Positions 11,727 to 24,680 are shown, numbered from the stretch's first letter. The stretch: 64,000 nt of DNA from Octopus vulgaris (GCA_951406725.2 OX597840.1:30256001-30320000); one strand, 5' to 3'. Notes: generated by a model from the letters alone, not told the origin. A program made the numbers and translations.

Positions 11727-12118
11727 AGGTAAGTAGCTTGTTTACTAACCACATGGTTCCAGGTTCAGTCCCACTGCGTGGCACCTTGGGCAAGTGTCTT
11801 CTCCTATAACCTCAGGCCGACCAAAGCCTTGTGAGTGGATTTGGTAGACGGAAACTGAAAGAAGCCCGTCGTATATATGTACATATATATAAGTGTGCGT
11901 GTGTTTGTGTGTCTGTGTTTGTCCCCCTAGCATTGCTTGACAACCGATGCTGGTGTGTTTATGTCCCCGTTACTTAGCGGTTCGGCAAAAGAGACCGATA
12001 GAATAAGTACTGGGCTTACAAAAGAATAAGTCCCGGGGTCGATTTGCTCGATTAAAAGGCGGTGCTCCAGCATGGGCGCAGTCAAATGACTGAAACCAGT
12101 AAAACAGTAAAAGAGTAA
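11727..12118 (+). mobile_element. SINE family A (5'-clipped)
   Basis: Family match. Confidence 0.9.
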
Positions 12119-13150
12119 ACGATTCTCAGATTATAACGATCTTTTAGTCTGTTATCTTCTATCTTTTACTTGTTTTAGATATTGGAATGCAGCCATGCTG
12201 GAGCACTGCCTTTTGGTTGCAAAAAAATTAACCCTAGTTTTTGTGTTTTGGTTTTTGTCATTTTTAAAAAAAAATGTGGTACTTATTCTATCAGTCACTA
12301 TTGCTGAACTACTAAGTTATGAGGACATGCATAAATAAATAAAAGCAACACTGGTTGTCTTGTGGTGCTGATGGTAGGACAAACACTCACTCACACACAC
12401 ACACACACATGCATTCTCTGTCTTTCTCTCTCTCTTAAAGCAAGGGTCCAGTGCATCAACTTGCCCAGGGACCTACAATGCTGCTTAGACAGCCCTACAC
12501 CCACAGACACACAGACACACACATGCACACACACAAACACACACACACACCTTTCACACAGTTTCTGTCTATCAAATCAACTCACATGGCATTGATCGGC
12601 CCGGGGTTATAGTACAGGACACTTTCCAAAAGTGCTGTGCAGTGGGATTGAACTTGAAACCACATGGTTGCAAATCAAGATTCTTAACCACACAGCTATG
12701 CCTGAAAAATAAATGAAAGACACACTAGATTCATGTAGTCCTAGATACGATACACTGTGCTCTCAAACTCATATTCTTGGGCCTCAAATCATTGGAACCA
12801 AATAATATCCTTTCTATTGTAGGCACAAAGCCTGAGATTTTTGGGGAGAAGGTGAGTTAATTACATCACCCCACCTTCACTCTCCCATTCTCAAATGGGG
12901 TCAGTTCATTTACCTAAATTCTTCAAGGTGGTGCTACAGCATGGCCACAATCAAATAACTGTAAGAAATGTAAGAAATGAAGATTAAATTAAATTTGTCA
13001 AGCTAGCAAGTGTTGATGCTTTAATATATAAATCTTTAGCTTAATACTAGAGTCAGACAAAAACATGTTTAATGAAGCCAAGGTATACAGGTAAATGTAT
13101 ATGCACACATATATACATCATATTCATTATTTATATATATTTATATATAT

Positions 13151-13560
13151 AGGCGCAGAAGTGGTTGTGTGGTAAGTAGCTTGCTAACATGGTTCCGGGT
13201 TCAGTCCCACTGCGTGGCACCTTGGGCAAGTGTCTTCTACTATAGCCTCTGGCCGACCAATGCCTTGTGAGTGGATTTGGTAGACGGAAACTGAAAGAAG
13301 CTTGTCGTATATATGTACATATATATAAGTGTGTGTGTATATGTTTGTGTGTCTGTGTTTGTCCCCCTAGCATTGCTTGACAACCGATGCTGGTGTGTTT
13401 ACGTCCCCGTCACTTAGCAGTTCGGCAAAAGAGACCGATAGAATAAGTACTGGGCTTACAAGGAATAAGTCCCGGGGTCAATTTGCTCGACTAAAAGCAG
13501 TGCTCCAGCATGGCCACAGTCAAATGACTGAAACAAGTAAAAAGAGTAAAAAGTAAAAGA

Positions 13561-13562
<2 letters not shown>
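13151..13562 (+). mobile_element. SINE family A
   Basis: Full-length family match. Confidence 0.9.
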
Positions 13563-13591
<29 letters not shown>

Positions 13592-13600
<9 letters not shown>

Positions 13601-13936
13601 ATTTAGGAATGGTCATTTTGCCAGTTTAGCCAATAAAAACACACGCACTATATATTTGGTGTTACTTTGCTTCAGTGTTATTTATTTTTTACATTAATCT
13701 TAATCTTATTTTGGCCAGAGTTCTTTCGTCACACTCCTGTGACCGCATCAGTGGTCCTTTGTTTTCTTCTTACTTATTTGTGTCTTTCCTTACTAACCAT
13801 CAGCCATTTTGTATTTCTATATATAGTGCGTGTGTTTTTATTGGCTAAACTGGCAAAATGACCATTCCGAAATATAACAATATCTGTTTCAACACACGAC
13901 TTCACATAAAAAATCTTGCACAACAAATATTTAAAC

Positions 13937-13940
<4 letters not shown>
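13592..13940. mobile_element. PLE-type foldback cassette in (TA)n
   Basis: ~63-bp inverted arms 13592-13654 / 13819-13883; internal hammerhead-like motif; tail TCAACACACG...AATCTTGCA homologous to the 45.9 and 46.6 kb cassettes. Confidence 0.7.
13712..13757 (-). ncRNA. Degenerate or variant hammerhead motif (CUGAUGC)
   Basis: ggacca-CTGATGC-g-gtcaca-ggag-tgtgac-GAAA-gaac-TC-tggcca; perfect 6-bp stem II, weak stem I. Confidence 0.55.
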
Positions 13941-13991
<51 letters not shown>

Positions 13992-14104
13992 CACACAAAC
14001 ACGTATATATATTCATGTATATAAATGCACATAGGTATACATACATACATTTCTATATATATTGTGTGTGTGTGTGTATGTATGTACATATACATGCACA
14101 CATA

Positions 14105-14152
<48 letters not shown>

Positions 14153-14254
14153 TTTTTGTATATATACATTATATATGCATGTGTGTGCATATACATACAT
14201 GCACACATATTCATATATATTTTTTATATATATATATATCTGAAGAATGACCTT

Positions 14255-14847
14255 CAAACACTGGCAATGACTTTGGAGTTATGCTGTGATTGAGAAGAAC
14301 CAGAAACTAAAGTAAGATCACAGCCCTGCATGTCTGGCCCAGTTAAGAGTACCCTTGATGCATCATGTAACATATGTTTAAGAAAACCTGTTGAGTCAAG
14401 TAGAACCAATATCGTAGCTGTGACCAATGTCCCCTGACTGGCTCCCATGCCAGTGGCATGTAAAAAGCACCATCTGAACTTGGTTGATGCCTGGTCCGCT
14501 TGACTGGCTCTCATGCCAGTGGCACATACAAAGCATCAACTGAGCGTGGCTGATGCCAGTACCCCCTGAGTGGCCCCGATTGCTGGTGGCACATAAAAAG
14601 CACTACCTGAACATGATCAATGCCAGGCCCACCTGACTGGCTCCTACGACACTGGCATGTAAAAAGTACCTACAACAGTCAGGGTGTGGTTGGCGTTAGG
14701 AAGGTCAACCAGCTGTAAAAACGTTGCCAGATCAGATTGGAGTCTGGTGCAGCCGCTGGCTCTCTATACTTCATATACTTCAGTCAAACTATCCAACCCA
14801 TGCCAGCATGAAAAAACGGACGTTAAACGATGATGATGATGATGATG

Positions 14848-14849
<2 letters not shown>
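14255..14849 (+). mobile_element. RTE-type LINE family D 3' UTR
   Basis: Repeated GTGGCAYRTAAAAAGCAC units, ends GGACGTTAAAC(GAT)n. Confidence 0.8.
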
Positions 14850-14893
<44 letters not shown>

Positions 14894-15068
14894 AAACATG
14901 CACATACCTACACATTATGCAGTCTTACTTAGCTATGTATTTTATAGGTTTCATTGCAAAATTAGTCAAAAATGTATATATATGTATATATGTATATATA
15001 TGTGTGTGTGTGTGTGTTTGTGTGTGTATAAATATATGTAGATATATATATATGCATATATATAAATG

Positions 15069-15101
<33 letters not shown>

Positions 15102-15192
15102 ATGTATGTCTATATATATGTTTGTATGAATGTATATATGTATGTATATATGTATGTATGTATGTATATATATATATATATATATATATCAT

Positions 15193-15229
<37 letters not shown>

Positions 15230-15443
15230 CCTATTAATTTACACACTGCAAAAAAGATATTGATTATAATCTGAAGTTTTTGACACTGAACCAACATATT
15301 TTATTGAACAAAAACAAAAAAGATATAACAGCATTTTAAAATGATTACCTTCAATGATGATATTAATAAACAAGATTAAAGGATTAAAATTCATGAGTTA
15401 AATAATTCAAAAAAGAAAAAGGAAAATTAAAAGAAAATGTCAC

Positions 15444-15445
<2 letters not shown>

Positions 15446-15491
<46 letters not shown>

Positions 15492-16365
15492 GTTAACGTC
15501 TGCTTTCGTTAACGTCTGCTTTCCATGCTGGCATGGGTTGGATGATTTTACTGAGGACTGGCGAACCAGATGGCTGCACTAGGCTCCAATCTTGAGCTGG
15601 CAGAGTTTCTACAGCTTGATGCCCTTCCTAACACCAACCACTCTGAGAGTGTATTGGGTGCTTTTAATGTGCCACCGGCACGAGGGCTAGTCAGGCAGTA
15701 CTGGCAATGGCCACACTCAAATGGTGTTTTTTTCATGCCACCTGCACAGGAGCCAGTTCAGCAGCACTGGCAAGGACCTTGCATGAATGTTTTTTACCCG
15801 TGCTACTGGCACAAGTGCCAGTAATGTGACACTGGTAACGATCACGCTCGAGTGGTGCTTTTTACATGTCACCGGCACAGAAGCCAGTTAGCCGCTCTGG
15901 CAACGATCACGCTCGGATGGTGCTCTTTGTGCTCCACTAGCATGGATACCAGTTATCGAATTTGATTTCGATTTCACTTGCTTCAACAGGTCTTTGCAAG
16001 CAGAGTTTAGTGTCCAATGAAGAAAAGGTGCGCATAAGTGGGCTGGTTACACCTTTGGCAAAGGCCACAAGGTTGTGGTCTCATTTGGCTTGCTGGGTCT
16101 TCTCAAGCACAGCATATTTCCAAAGGTCTCGGTCACTAGTCATTGCCTCGGTGAGGCCTAATGTTCGAAGGTCGTGCTTCACCACTTCAGCCCAGATCAT
16201 CCTGGGTCTACCTCTTCCACAAGTTCCCTCAACCGCTAGGGTGTGGCACTTTTTTGCACAGCTATCCTCATCCATTCTCACCACATGACCATACCAGTGC
16301 AGTCGTCTCTCTTGTACACCATATCTGATGCTTCTTAGGTCTAACTTTTCTCTCAAGGTACTTAC
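15446..16365 (-). mobile_element. 5'-truncated RTE-clade LINE (ORF C-terminus, 3' UTR and (GAT)n tail)
   Basis: ORF 16081-16356 RRLHWYGHVVRMDEDS...GRGRPRMIW...DRDLWK is a typical RTE C-terminus. Confidence 0.88.
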
Positions 16366-16399
16366 AGCTCCCTAGATTACCAGCAAGGGTTACAACATC

Positions 16400-16710
16400 C
16401 AATCCATGTCAGCATGGAGAGGGTTTTTGCTGCAAGGCCCTATGTGTGGTAGTAGGATTCAGAAAGAGTCAGAAGTGGTTATCAGAGAATTTCTATAACT
16501 TCACCAGCACCAATTTCTGGCCTCCTAATTACTCTCAGTTTTAATCACAGATTACACTCACAGCTTGTCTCCAATGGTCAGGCCAAGCTTATGGTCAAAA
16601 TTAAGGAGGTGTTCAAAGATATTTCCAGGAACACAGTGAAGAATGTGTACGCAGGTTCTGAAACCATCTTGAAGTTGTGGGGGAAACTGAGGGTTGCTGT
16701 GTTGAGTAAA
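16400..16710 (+). mobile_element. Tc1/mariner transposase C-terminal remnant
   Basis: MERVFAARPYVW**DS...KSQKWLSENFYNFTSTNFWPPN...KIKEVFKDISRNTVKN; WPPNS-like motif with stops. Confidence 0.7.
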
Positions 16711-16737
16711 CTGTTATCTTCCAGCCATAATCAAGTT

Positions 16738-17145
16738 CAGTGGTTCCCAAACTTTTTAGAGTCGCGACCCACTATTTATCACACCAGTTTATGATGACCC
16801 ACTTAACTCTACTTGATCTATCTTGATAGATCAGTGGTTTTCAACCAGAGTATCGCGGAACCTTAGGGTTCCGCCAGTACAGTCCAGGGGTTCCGCAAGA
16901 AGTTACAAAACTGCTAAAATCGGCAGTAATTTTTAATTCTCCTGTGCAAATATGTGTACATAAGACTATTAAATTATTGCACAGGGGTTCCTCGAGCCAG
17001 TGGAATGTTTCCTTGGGGATCCGCTCCTGCAAAACGTTTGAAAAGCACTGCGATAGACAGAGGTTAATCAAAGCTAATGCGTAATTTTATAACTTTTTAC
17101 GACCCACTAAGATTCCGTTCGCGACTCATAGTTTGGAAACCACTG
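16738..17145. mobile_element. hAT (Charlie-like) MITE, outer
   Basis: TIRs CAGTGGTTCCCAAAC / GTTTGGAAACCACTG; 8-bp TSD ATCAAGTT / ATCTAGTT. Confidence 0.8.
16832..17050. mobile_element. hAT MITE nested inside the outer MITE
   Basis: TIRs CAGTGGTTTTCAA / TTGAAAAGCACTG; TSD TGATAGAT / CGATAGAC. Confidence 0.78.
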
Positions 17146-17252
17146 ATCTAGTTTATATTTTTTGATTTTTTTAAAAATACTTTTGTTTGTGGATGGAATA
17201 TTATTTTCTTCTCCTTTTATGCAAAGTGTCAAATTCAGCTTGAACACCCTGT

Positions 17253-17296
<44 letters not shown>

Positions 17297-17858
17297 TATA
17301 AAAGCACCATATGACTGTAGTTTACAGCTATGGCTTTCCGCTCGGTTTACTATAACCATACAATAGACATATCATTATTCAGTGATGTGGTCTAGAAAAA
17401 TTAGAAATTCTGAAAATAATGAAACCATTGTCTTGCTCGCTGTTAACTTGAAGATTGCCTGTGACAACCACTGCATTGCATTCGTATTTATTTCACAAAT
17501 TTAATTGTCTGGTTTAATTTCAACCTCTCACATTAGAATCGAATTTTCTCCATTGTTGTATGTCATTAATTGAATAAACTGCAGGAATGTAATTAGTTTG
17601 TTCTGTGAAAGAAGCATTTGACAATAATCATGAATGCCATGCGATAAATAATAGAGATGAGTCTCGCAGGTTGTTTCACAATAGATCAGTTTAAACAAAT
17701 AAAACCATGTGGTGAAGTGTTGCTTTCTCAACCACACCGTTCCAGGTTCAGTCCTATTGTGTGGCACCTTGGGCAATTTTACTATAGTCTTTTACTATAG
17801 TCTCAAGCCAACCAAAGCCTTGTGAGTGGATTTAGTAGATGGAAAATAAAAGTCATCC

Positions 17859-18835
17859 TAACGAGACGTCTGCGTCGGCTGGGTCATGCCCTCCGTCGTC
17901 AACCAGGAGAATTCATCTATGAAGCAATTGCCCCAGCTCCCCTTCAGGGTTGGCGAAAGCGATGTGATGGACAGCGAAAAAACCTGGCTGATGACAGTTA
18001 AGGCTGATCTGGAACCCAACCTATGTAGCAATTGCTCCAGCTCCCCTTCAGGGTTGGCAAAAGCGATGTGGTGGGCAACGAAAAAACCTGGCTGCTGACA
18101 GTCAAGGCTGATCTGGAACCCAACCAACGAAGCAATTGCCCCAGCTCCCCTTCAGGGTTGGCGAAAGTGATGTGGTGGACAATGAAATACCTGGCGGATG
18201 AGTCAACGCTGATCTGGAATCCAACCTACGAAGCAATTGCCCCAGCTCCCCTTTCTGGGTTGGCGAAAGCGATGTGGTGGACAATGAAAAAACCTGGCTG
18301 ATGACAGTCAAGGCTGATCTGGAACCCAACCTACAAAGCAATTGCCCCAGCTCCCCTTCAGGGTTGGCGAAAGCGATGTGGTGGACAACGAAAAACCTGG
18401 CTGATGACAGTCAAGGCTGATCTGGAACCCAACCTATGAAGCAATTGCCCCAGCTCCCCTTCAGGGTTGGCGAAAGCAATGTGGTGGACAATGAAAAAAC
18501 CTGGCTGATGACAGTCAAGGCTGATCTGGAACCCAACCTACAAAGCAATTGCCCCAGCTCCCCTTCAGGGTTGGCAAAAGCGATGTAGTGGACAACGAAA
18601 AAAGCTGGCTGGTGACAGTCAAGGCTGATCTGGAACCCAACCCTTCAGGGTTGCCTAGGACAACCCTCATGAAACGCATGTCTACAGCGTTCGCCACTGG
18701 AATAGGGAGTGGTTGGAGATCACGCAGTCGTTAGCCTCAAATCGCCAGGTCTGGTCGGCGTTTGTGAGAGATGCAACATTGAGGATGAATGAAGCCAGCT
18801 CAACCCACCCCGGGTTAATGCTGTCTCAAGACAAG
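17859..18835 (+). mobile_element. RTE-clade LINE 3' fragment inserted into a SINE-A (halves at 17705-17850 and 18835-18990)
   Basis: RRLRRLGHALRR...GWRKRCGGQRKTWLMTVKADLEP...WNREWLEITQSLASNRQVWSAFVRD. Confidence 0.8.
17921..18642 (+). repeat. Tandem repeat, 7 x ~103 bp, of RTE coding sequence
   Basis: Unit starts at 17921, 18025, 18129, 18230, 18335, 18438, 18542. Confidence 0.95.
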
Positions 18836-19739
18836 AAGCCCATGATATGTGTGTGCATATACATATGTGGTGGTGGTGGTGGTGGGTCTTTCTGTATGTG
18901 TTTGTACCCCACCACTCCTTGACAACCAGTGCTGGTGTGTTTACATCCCTGTAACTTGGCAGTTTGACAGAAGAGACTGATAAAATAAGTAACTATCAAG
19001 TACTGGGGCTCAATGAAATAAAGGGCCAATGAAGTACAGGGATCGATGTGATCGACTTGCCCCACCTCCCCTTAAAAGTGCTGGCTTTGACCCTTGGAAT
19101 TGATTGGAATCAGGGGTCATGTAATCTCGATCAGCTATATTCCATGGAAACTGGGCAACTGACCTTTTGAGCCCTTAACCTTGAGAAAAAAAGTATAGAA
19201 TTGAATAACAGACAGAGAGATTGTGTAAAATGCTATATTGATCAGAGTGTAAGAGGAAATTACATAATAATGTTGATAAGCCATGGTGAAAATTGAAGCA
19301 TTTAAAGAATGCAGACTTGACAAATGATAAAGCAATTTGAAAATTGTTAAAAAAAAATACAAAAACCAAAATAATAAGATTTACCAATAATAATTGCCAG
19401 AATAATAATTTGGTTGGCGCTAAATATAGGCCAAGTTAAATATTGAAACTAATTTGATATATATTAAAATTTGTTTGAAGCAATTAGGAATAAATGTTAT
19501 CTTATTAGCAGAAACTGTTGTAGGAAGACATATTGCATAGAATCAATTTCCTTTTGGTTGCTTATATACACATGTATGTATAAACACATATTGATTTGTC
19601 ACATCTAGTTTACTTGCGTCAGTGGCATTTATGGGCTGAATACATCTATGTCTGTCTGTCTGTCTCTGTTTTTCTCTATCTGTCTATAAATATACTATAA
19701 ATACTATAAATATAATATAATAATATAATATATATAATA

Positions 19740-20103
19740 CTAGTACTATGACCCGGCGTTGTCGGGTCATAGTGCTAGTGCATGCATATACAGCTGCGTG
19801 CATGCGCACATACACGCGAGTACTGTCCAAATCTCTGACCAATCACATACAGCTAGCTGGCATTCAATTGCCGTATCAAGTTTCGGACATTTTGATTGGG
19901 TTTTGGATAGAAAATTCACAAAAAAGTCACTTCTATTGATTTTTTAATGGCTTTGCAGGGTGACTGGGTAAAGATGTAAAGATATGCACGACCACCCTTG
20001 GATGGTTTTCAATGACCATAGAAAGTGCGAGCTCTCTAACTAAAAAATTGTGGATTTGTATAAAGGACACACACACAGACATTTTGCTGTTTATATATAT
20101 AGA
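19740..20103 (-). mobile_element. Non-autonomous Helitron
   Basis: 5' TCTATATATATAAA start; 3' hairpin CTATGACCCGAC-AAC-GCCGGGTCATAG followed by CTAG. Confidence 0.7.
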
Positions 20104-20196
20104 AGATATATATAATAATATATAATAGTAATATATAATAATATAATATAATATAATAATAATATATAATAATAATAATATATATAAATATATATA

Positions 20197-20616
20197 GGCG
20201 CAGGAGTGGCTGTGTGGTAAGTAGCTTGCTAACCAACCACATGGTTCCGGGTTCAGTCCCACTGCGTGGCACCTTGGGCAAGTGTCTTCTACTATAGCCT
20301 CGGGCTGACCAAAGCCTTGTGTGAGTGGATTTGGTAGACGGAAACTGAAAGAAGCCTGTCATGTATATGTATATATATATGTGTATGTGTGTGTGTGTAT
20401 ATGTTTGTGTGTCTGTGTTTGTCCCTCTAGCATTGCTTGACAACCGGTGCTGGTGTGTTTACGTCCCCGTCACTTAGTGGTTCGGCAAAAGAGACCGATA
20501 GAATAAGTACTGGGCTTACAAAGAATAAGTCCCGGGGTCGATCTGCTCGACCAAAGGCGGTGCTCCAGCATGGCCACAGTCAAATGACTGAAACAAGTAA
20601 AAGAGTAAAAGAGTAA
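20197..20616 (+). mobile_element. SINE family A
   Basis: Full-length family match. Confidence 0.9.
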
Positions 20617-20809
20617 ATATAAATATAAATATACTATAAATACTGTATATATGAATATAAATAAATATATATAATAAATATAAATAAATACTATAAAGAT
20701 ACTATAAATGTACTATAAATATATTATAAATATAGTGATTTTGTGTTGCTGAACAATTAATTGTTGGACCTGGTTGTGTCTGATGATTATCAATTTACCT
20801 CTCCACACA

Positions 20810-21228
20810 TACCTATTTCTTTATTTCTCACAAGGGACTAAACATAGAGGGGACAAACAGGGACAGACAGACGGATTAAGTTGATTACATCGACCCCCAG
20901 TGCGTAACTGGTACTTAATTTATCGACCTGGAAAGGATGAAAGGCAAAGTCAACCTCGGCGGAATTTGAACTTAGAACGTAACGGCAGACGAAATACCTA
21001 TTTCTTTACTACCCACTAGGGGCTAAACACAGAAAGGCCAAACAAGGACAGACAAACGGATTAAGTCGATTATATCGACCCCAGTGCATAACTGGTACTT
21101 ATTTAATCGACCCCGAAAGGATGAAAGGCAAAGTCAACCTCGGCGGAATTTGAACTTAGAACGTAACGGCAGATGGAATACCGCTAAGCATTTCGCCCGG
21201 CGTTCTAACAACTCTGCCAGCTCGCCAT
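20810..21228 (-). mobile_element. SINE-B with duplicated core-tail module (2 units)
   Basis: Junction GACGAAATAC|CTATTTCTTTACT near 20998. Confidence 0.85.
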
Positions 21229-21543
21229 CATACCCTTAACATGGTTCTCAAAGAGATTCAGCTTGACCCACCAAATGTGACAAAGCTGGACCCTTTCAAT
21301 TACGCATACAACTAATCTTTTGCCAGCTGAGTGGACAGGAGCAATAAAGTGAAATAAAGTGTCTTGCTCAAGGACACAACATGTCACCAAGTATTGACAC
21401 CTTAAACTTATGAATACCCCTAACCACTAAGTATGTGCTTTCTCTGTGATACTCTAATCTCATATCCATCATACTGGACTCTGTAACCTCTCAATGCGAA
21501 AATGCAAAAGCTCAATCGGTAGAGAATCTCTAATCTCTGAGTT

Positions 21544-21936
21544 GGAGTGGAAGCACTCCGTCGGTTACGACGACGAGGGTCCCGGTTGATCCGAATCAAC
21601 GGAACAGCCTGCTCGTGAAATTAACGTGTAAGTGGCTGAGCACTCCACAGACACGTGTACCCTTAACGCAGTTCTCAGGGGATATTCAGTGTGACACAGA
21701 GAGTGACAAGGCCGGCCCTTTGAAATACAGGTACAACAGAAACAGGAAGTAAGAGTGAGAGAAAGTTGTGGTGAAAGAGTACAGCAGAGATCACCACCAT
21801 CCCCTGCCGGAGCCTCGTGGAGCTTTTTTAGGTGTTTTTGCTCAGTAAACACTCACAACGCCCGGTCTGGGAATCGAAACCGCGATCCTACGACCGCGAG
21901 TCCGCTGCCCTAACCACTGGGCAATTGTGCCTCCAC
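21544..21936 (-). mobile_element. tRNA-derived SINE family C2 with TSD
   Basis: Head CCCAGTGGTTAGGGCAGCGGACTCGCGG...GGTTTCGATTCCC; perfect 12-bp TSD AATCTCTGAGTT (21532-21543, 21937-21948). Confidence 0.88.
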
Positions 21937-22254
21937 AATCTCTGAGTTACGCACCCTGTTGAATAATATTATTCTAAAATCCTTCACAGGGCCCCCTATT
22001 TTGGCTCCATGTATTCACAATGATATTTCTTCAGTCGTTTCCCAATATTCCTGACCATAATGCATTCAGTCATGGGGAAAACTGAATCATTTCGTGAATG
22101 TAAGCATGGCAAATGCTACAATAATTTCAATATGTTATAAATTCTTAAACGAATTACGAAAGTTACAAATGATAATTGCCAGGAAAATAATTCTAACGAC
22201 ACTATATCTGTATGTGTATGTGTGTGTGTGTGTGTATCTGTCTGTCTCCGAGTA

Positions 22255-22312
<58 letters not shown>

Positions 22313-22493
22313 CATATATATATATATATATAGCATGGAAGCCACCATCTCTAACTTTTAGAGTGTGCTTATTTTTCAGATATATGATCGACTAACAAAA
22401 TATATATCTATATATATACGTATGTATGTATGTATGTATGTATGTATGTATATATATATATATATATATACACACACATATGTATGTATATGT

Positions 22494-22558
<65 letters not shown>

Positions 22559-22703
22559 TACACGTATGTGTTTATATACGTGTATATATATATATATATA
22601 TATATACCGGAGTAAACACATAAATGTGAAACAAGGTGGAAAAAGAGTACTCAAATACCAGTGGTAGAGTAATATGCTTTATTTAAAGCAGCAGAAAATT
22701 CAA

Positions 22704-22753
22704 CAAAACCTGTTACTCTGAGTTTTCCGTTGCCGTTCATCGGACAATTTTTG
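22704..22753 (-). ncRNA. Hammerhead motif, CCGAUGA variant with irregular GAAA
   Basis: caaaaattgt-CCGATGA-acg-gcaa-cgg-AAAAC-tcaga-GTA-acaggttttg. Confidence 0.5.
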
Positions 22754-22766
22754 CAGTTTTTTCTAG

Positions 22767-22815
22767 CAAAAACTGTCCGATGAACGGCAACGTGAAACTC
22801 AGGTAACAGGTTTTG
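22767..22815 (+). ncRNA. Minimal type-I hammerhead motif, CCGAUGA (U4>C) variant
   Basis: caaaaactgt-CCGATGA-acg-gcaa-cgt-GAAAC-tcag-GTA-acaggttttg; 9 of 10 bp in stem I, GNRA-capped stem II. Confidence 0.7.
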
Positions 22816-23579
22816 TTGAATTTTCTGCTGCTTTAAATAAAGTATATATATATATATAAATTTTGACTCAAGGCCACAAATTTTGCAAGAGGGGATAAGT
22901 CGATTGCATTGATAGACTAAGTACCACTCGGTACTTATTTTATGGACCCCAAAAGGAGAAAAAGCAAAAACCAATCTCAGCAGAATTTGAACTCAGAACA
23001 TGAAGATTAATGAAATGCCACAAAGCATTTTGCCCAGTGTGCTACCGATTCTGCCATCTCAATAATAAAATAATTTTCCCGATTGGCCAAAGTCCTATCA
23101 TGAGAATGTGTTTGGAAGACAGAGAACATAATTAATTAAAACAATTATAATTGACTTAGGTAAATGCATAGACACTATCACAAAATTGCCTCTGATTAGT
23201 TTAATGACCCAAACATTCTGCCATGGAAAACTATTAGCTTTAATAAAATTGTCAGGGCTTCCACTGTCAATTAATGCTTGCACTGATTGATAGGTTAATT
23301 ACAATGTTAATGAGTGCCCAAATCCAAACAATATTCCAAAGGGACAGATTTGAAAAGATTAATGTGTTTAAAACTTATTTTTACCTCGTTAATTGTGTTA
23401 ATGTCCTAAGGTTGTTAAGCGATTTACACAGTTGAGAGAAATAAACCCTTTGGTTTTCCCTCCCTTAAAATATTTGGATATTCATTTCCTGTCGTCTTGA
23501 CTATATTTTCCTGAAGTAAAAACAATAATTAATTCTTTTTAATAATAATTAATTCTTTTTATTTTTTTAACTTTTTATT

Positions 23580-23995
23580 AATCCTTTCTATTGAAGGCAC
23601 AGGACCTTGATATTTTGTGGGGAAGGGACTACTCGATTAAATCGACCGCCCCCCCCCCATCCAGTGTTTCACTGGTACTTAATTTATTGACACTGAAATT
23701 ATGAAAGGCAGAGTCAACTTCAGTGGAATTTGAACTCAGAACATAGCGGCAGATGAAATTCTTATTTCTTTACTACCCACAAGGGGCTAAACACAGAGAG
23801 GGCAAACAAGGACAAACAAACGGATTAAGTCGATTATATTGATCCCAGTGCGTAACTGGTACTTATTTAATCGACCTAAAAAGGATGAAAGGCAAAGTCA
23901 ACTTCGGCGGAATTTGAACTCAGAACATACCGGCAGATGAAATACTGCTAAGCATTTCACCCAGTGTGCTAATGATTCTGCCAGCTCACCACCTT
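23580..23995 (-). mobile_element. SINE-B, head-core-tail1-core-tail2 arrangement
   Basis: Same internal junction as at 20.99 kb, near 23760. Confidence 0.8.
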
Positions 23996-24045
23996 ACATA
24001 ACAACAACAACAACAACAACAACAATAATAATAATAATAATAATA

Positions 24046-24078
<33 letters not shown>

Positions 24079-24234
24079 ATTGCAGTGTGGGAGGTGTTTA
24101 TAAGCCATTTAAGAAACACAAAAAAACTGTTAGATTCACTTCAACATTTAAATTTAATTTTCGGCACTTTGAGACCGCGACATGTTCATTGACAAAATTC
24201 CGTGCTGCATTCGAGAAAGTAACAGTAAGTTCAT

Positions 24235-24637
24235 GATATATATGTACGTATGTATGTGTGTATATATATATGTATGTATGTGTGTATGTATGTATGTGTG
24301 TATGTATATATGTATGTATGTATGTGTGTGTGTATGTATGTATGTATGTATGTATGAATGTATGTATGTGTGTATGTATATATGTGTGTATGTATATATG
24401 TATGTATGTGTGTATGTGTGTATGTATATATGTGTGTATGTATATATGTGTGTATGTGTGTATGTATGTATATATCTTTGTATTTATGTACGTATGTATG
24501 TATTTATGTACGTATGTATGTATGTTTGTATGTATATATATATATATATATGTATGTATATGTGTATGTATGTGTGTGTACATGTATGTGCGTATGCATA
24601 TGCGTACATGTGTATGCATGTGTGCATGCCTATATGC

Positions 24638-24674
<37 letters not shown>

Positions 24675-24680
24675 CACGCA

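Larger units (their letters stand above)
22607..22842. mobile_element. PLE-type foldback cassette with two opposed hammerhead motifs, in (TA)n
   Basis: Inverted arms 22677-22754 / 22766-22842; same tail family at 34192-34318. Confidence 0.75.

Noticed and set aside
17921-18642. 103-bp array as CRISPR or retrozyme (each unit contains CTGATGA)
   Set aside because: No unique spacers, no GAAA after the putative stem II, and the unit translates as RTE ORF sequence
21860-21936. tRNA gene
   Set aside because: A and B boxes are present but continue into a SINE body with a TSD; other SINE heads are the same
24150-24195. Possible G3-C8-type hammerhead relic (ATGAACA...GAAA, minus strand)
   Set aside because: Stems I and III cannot be formed; too decayed to support
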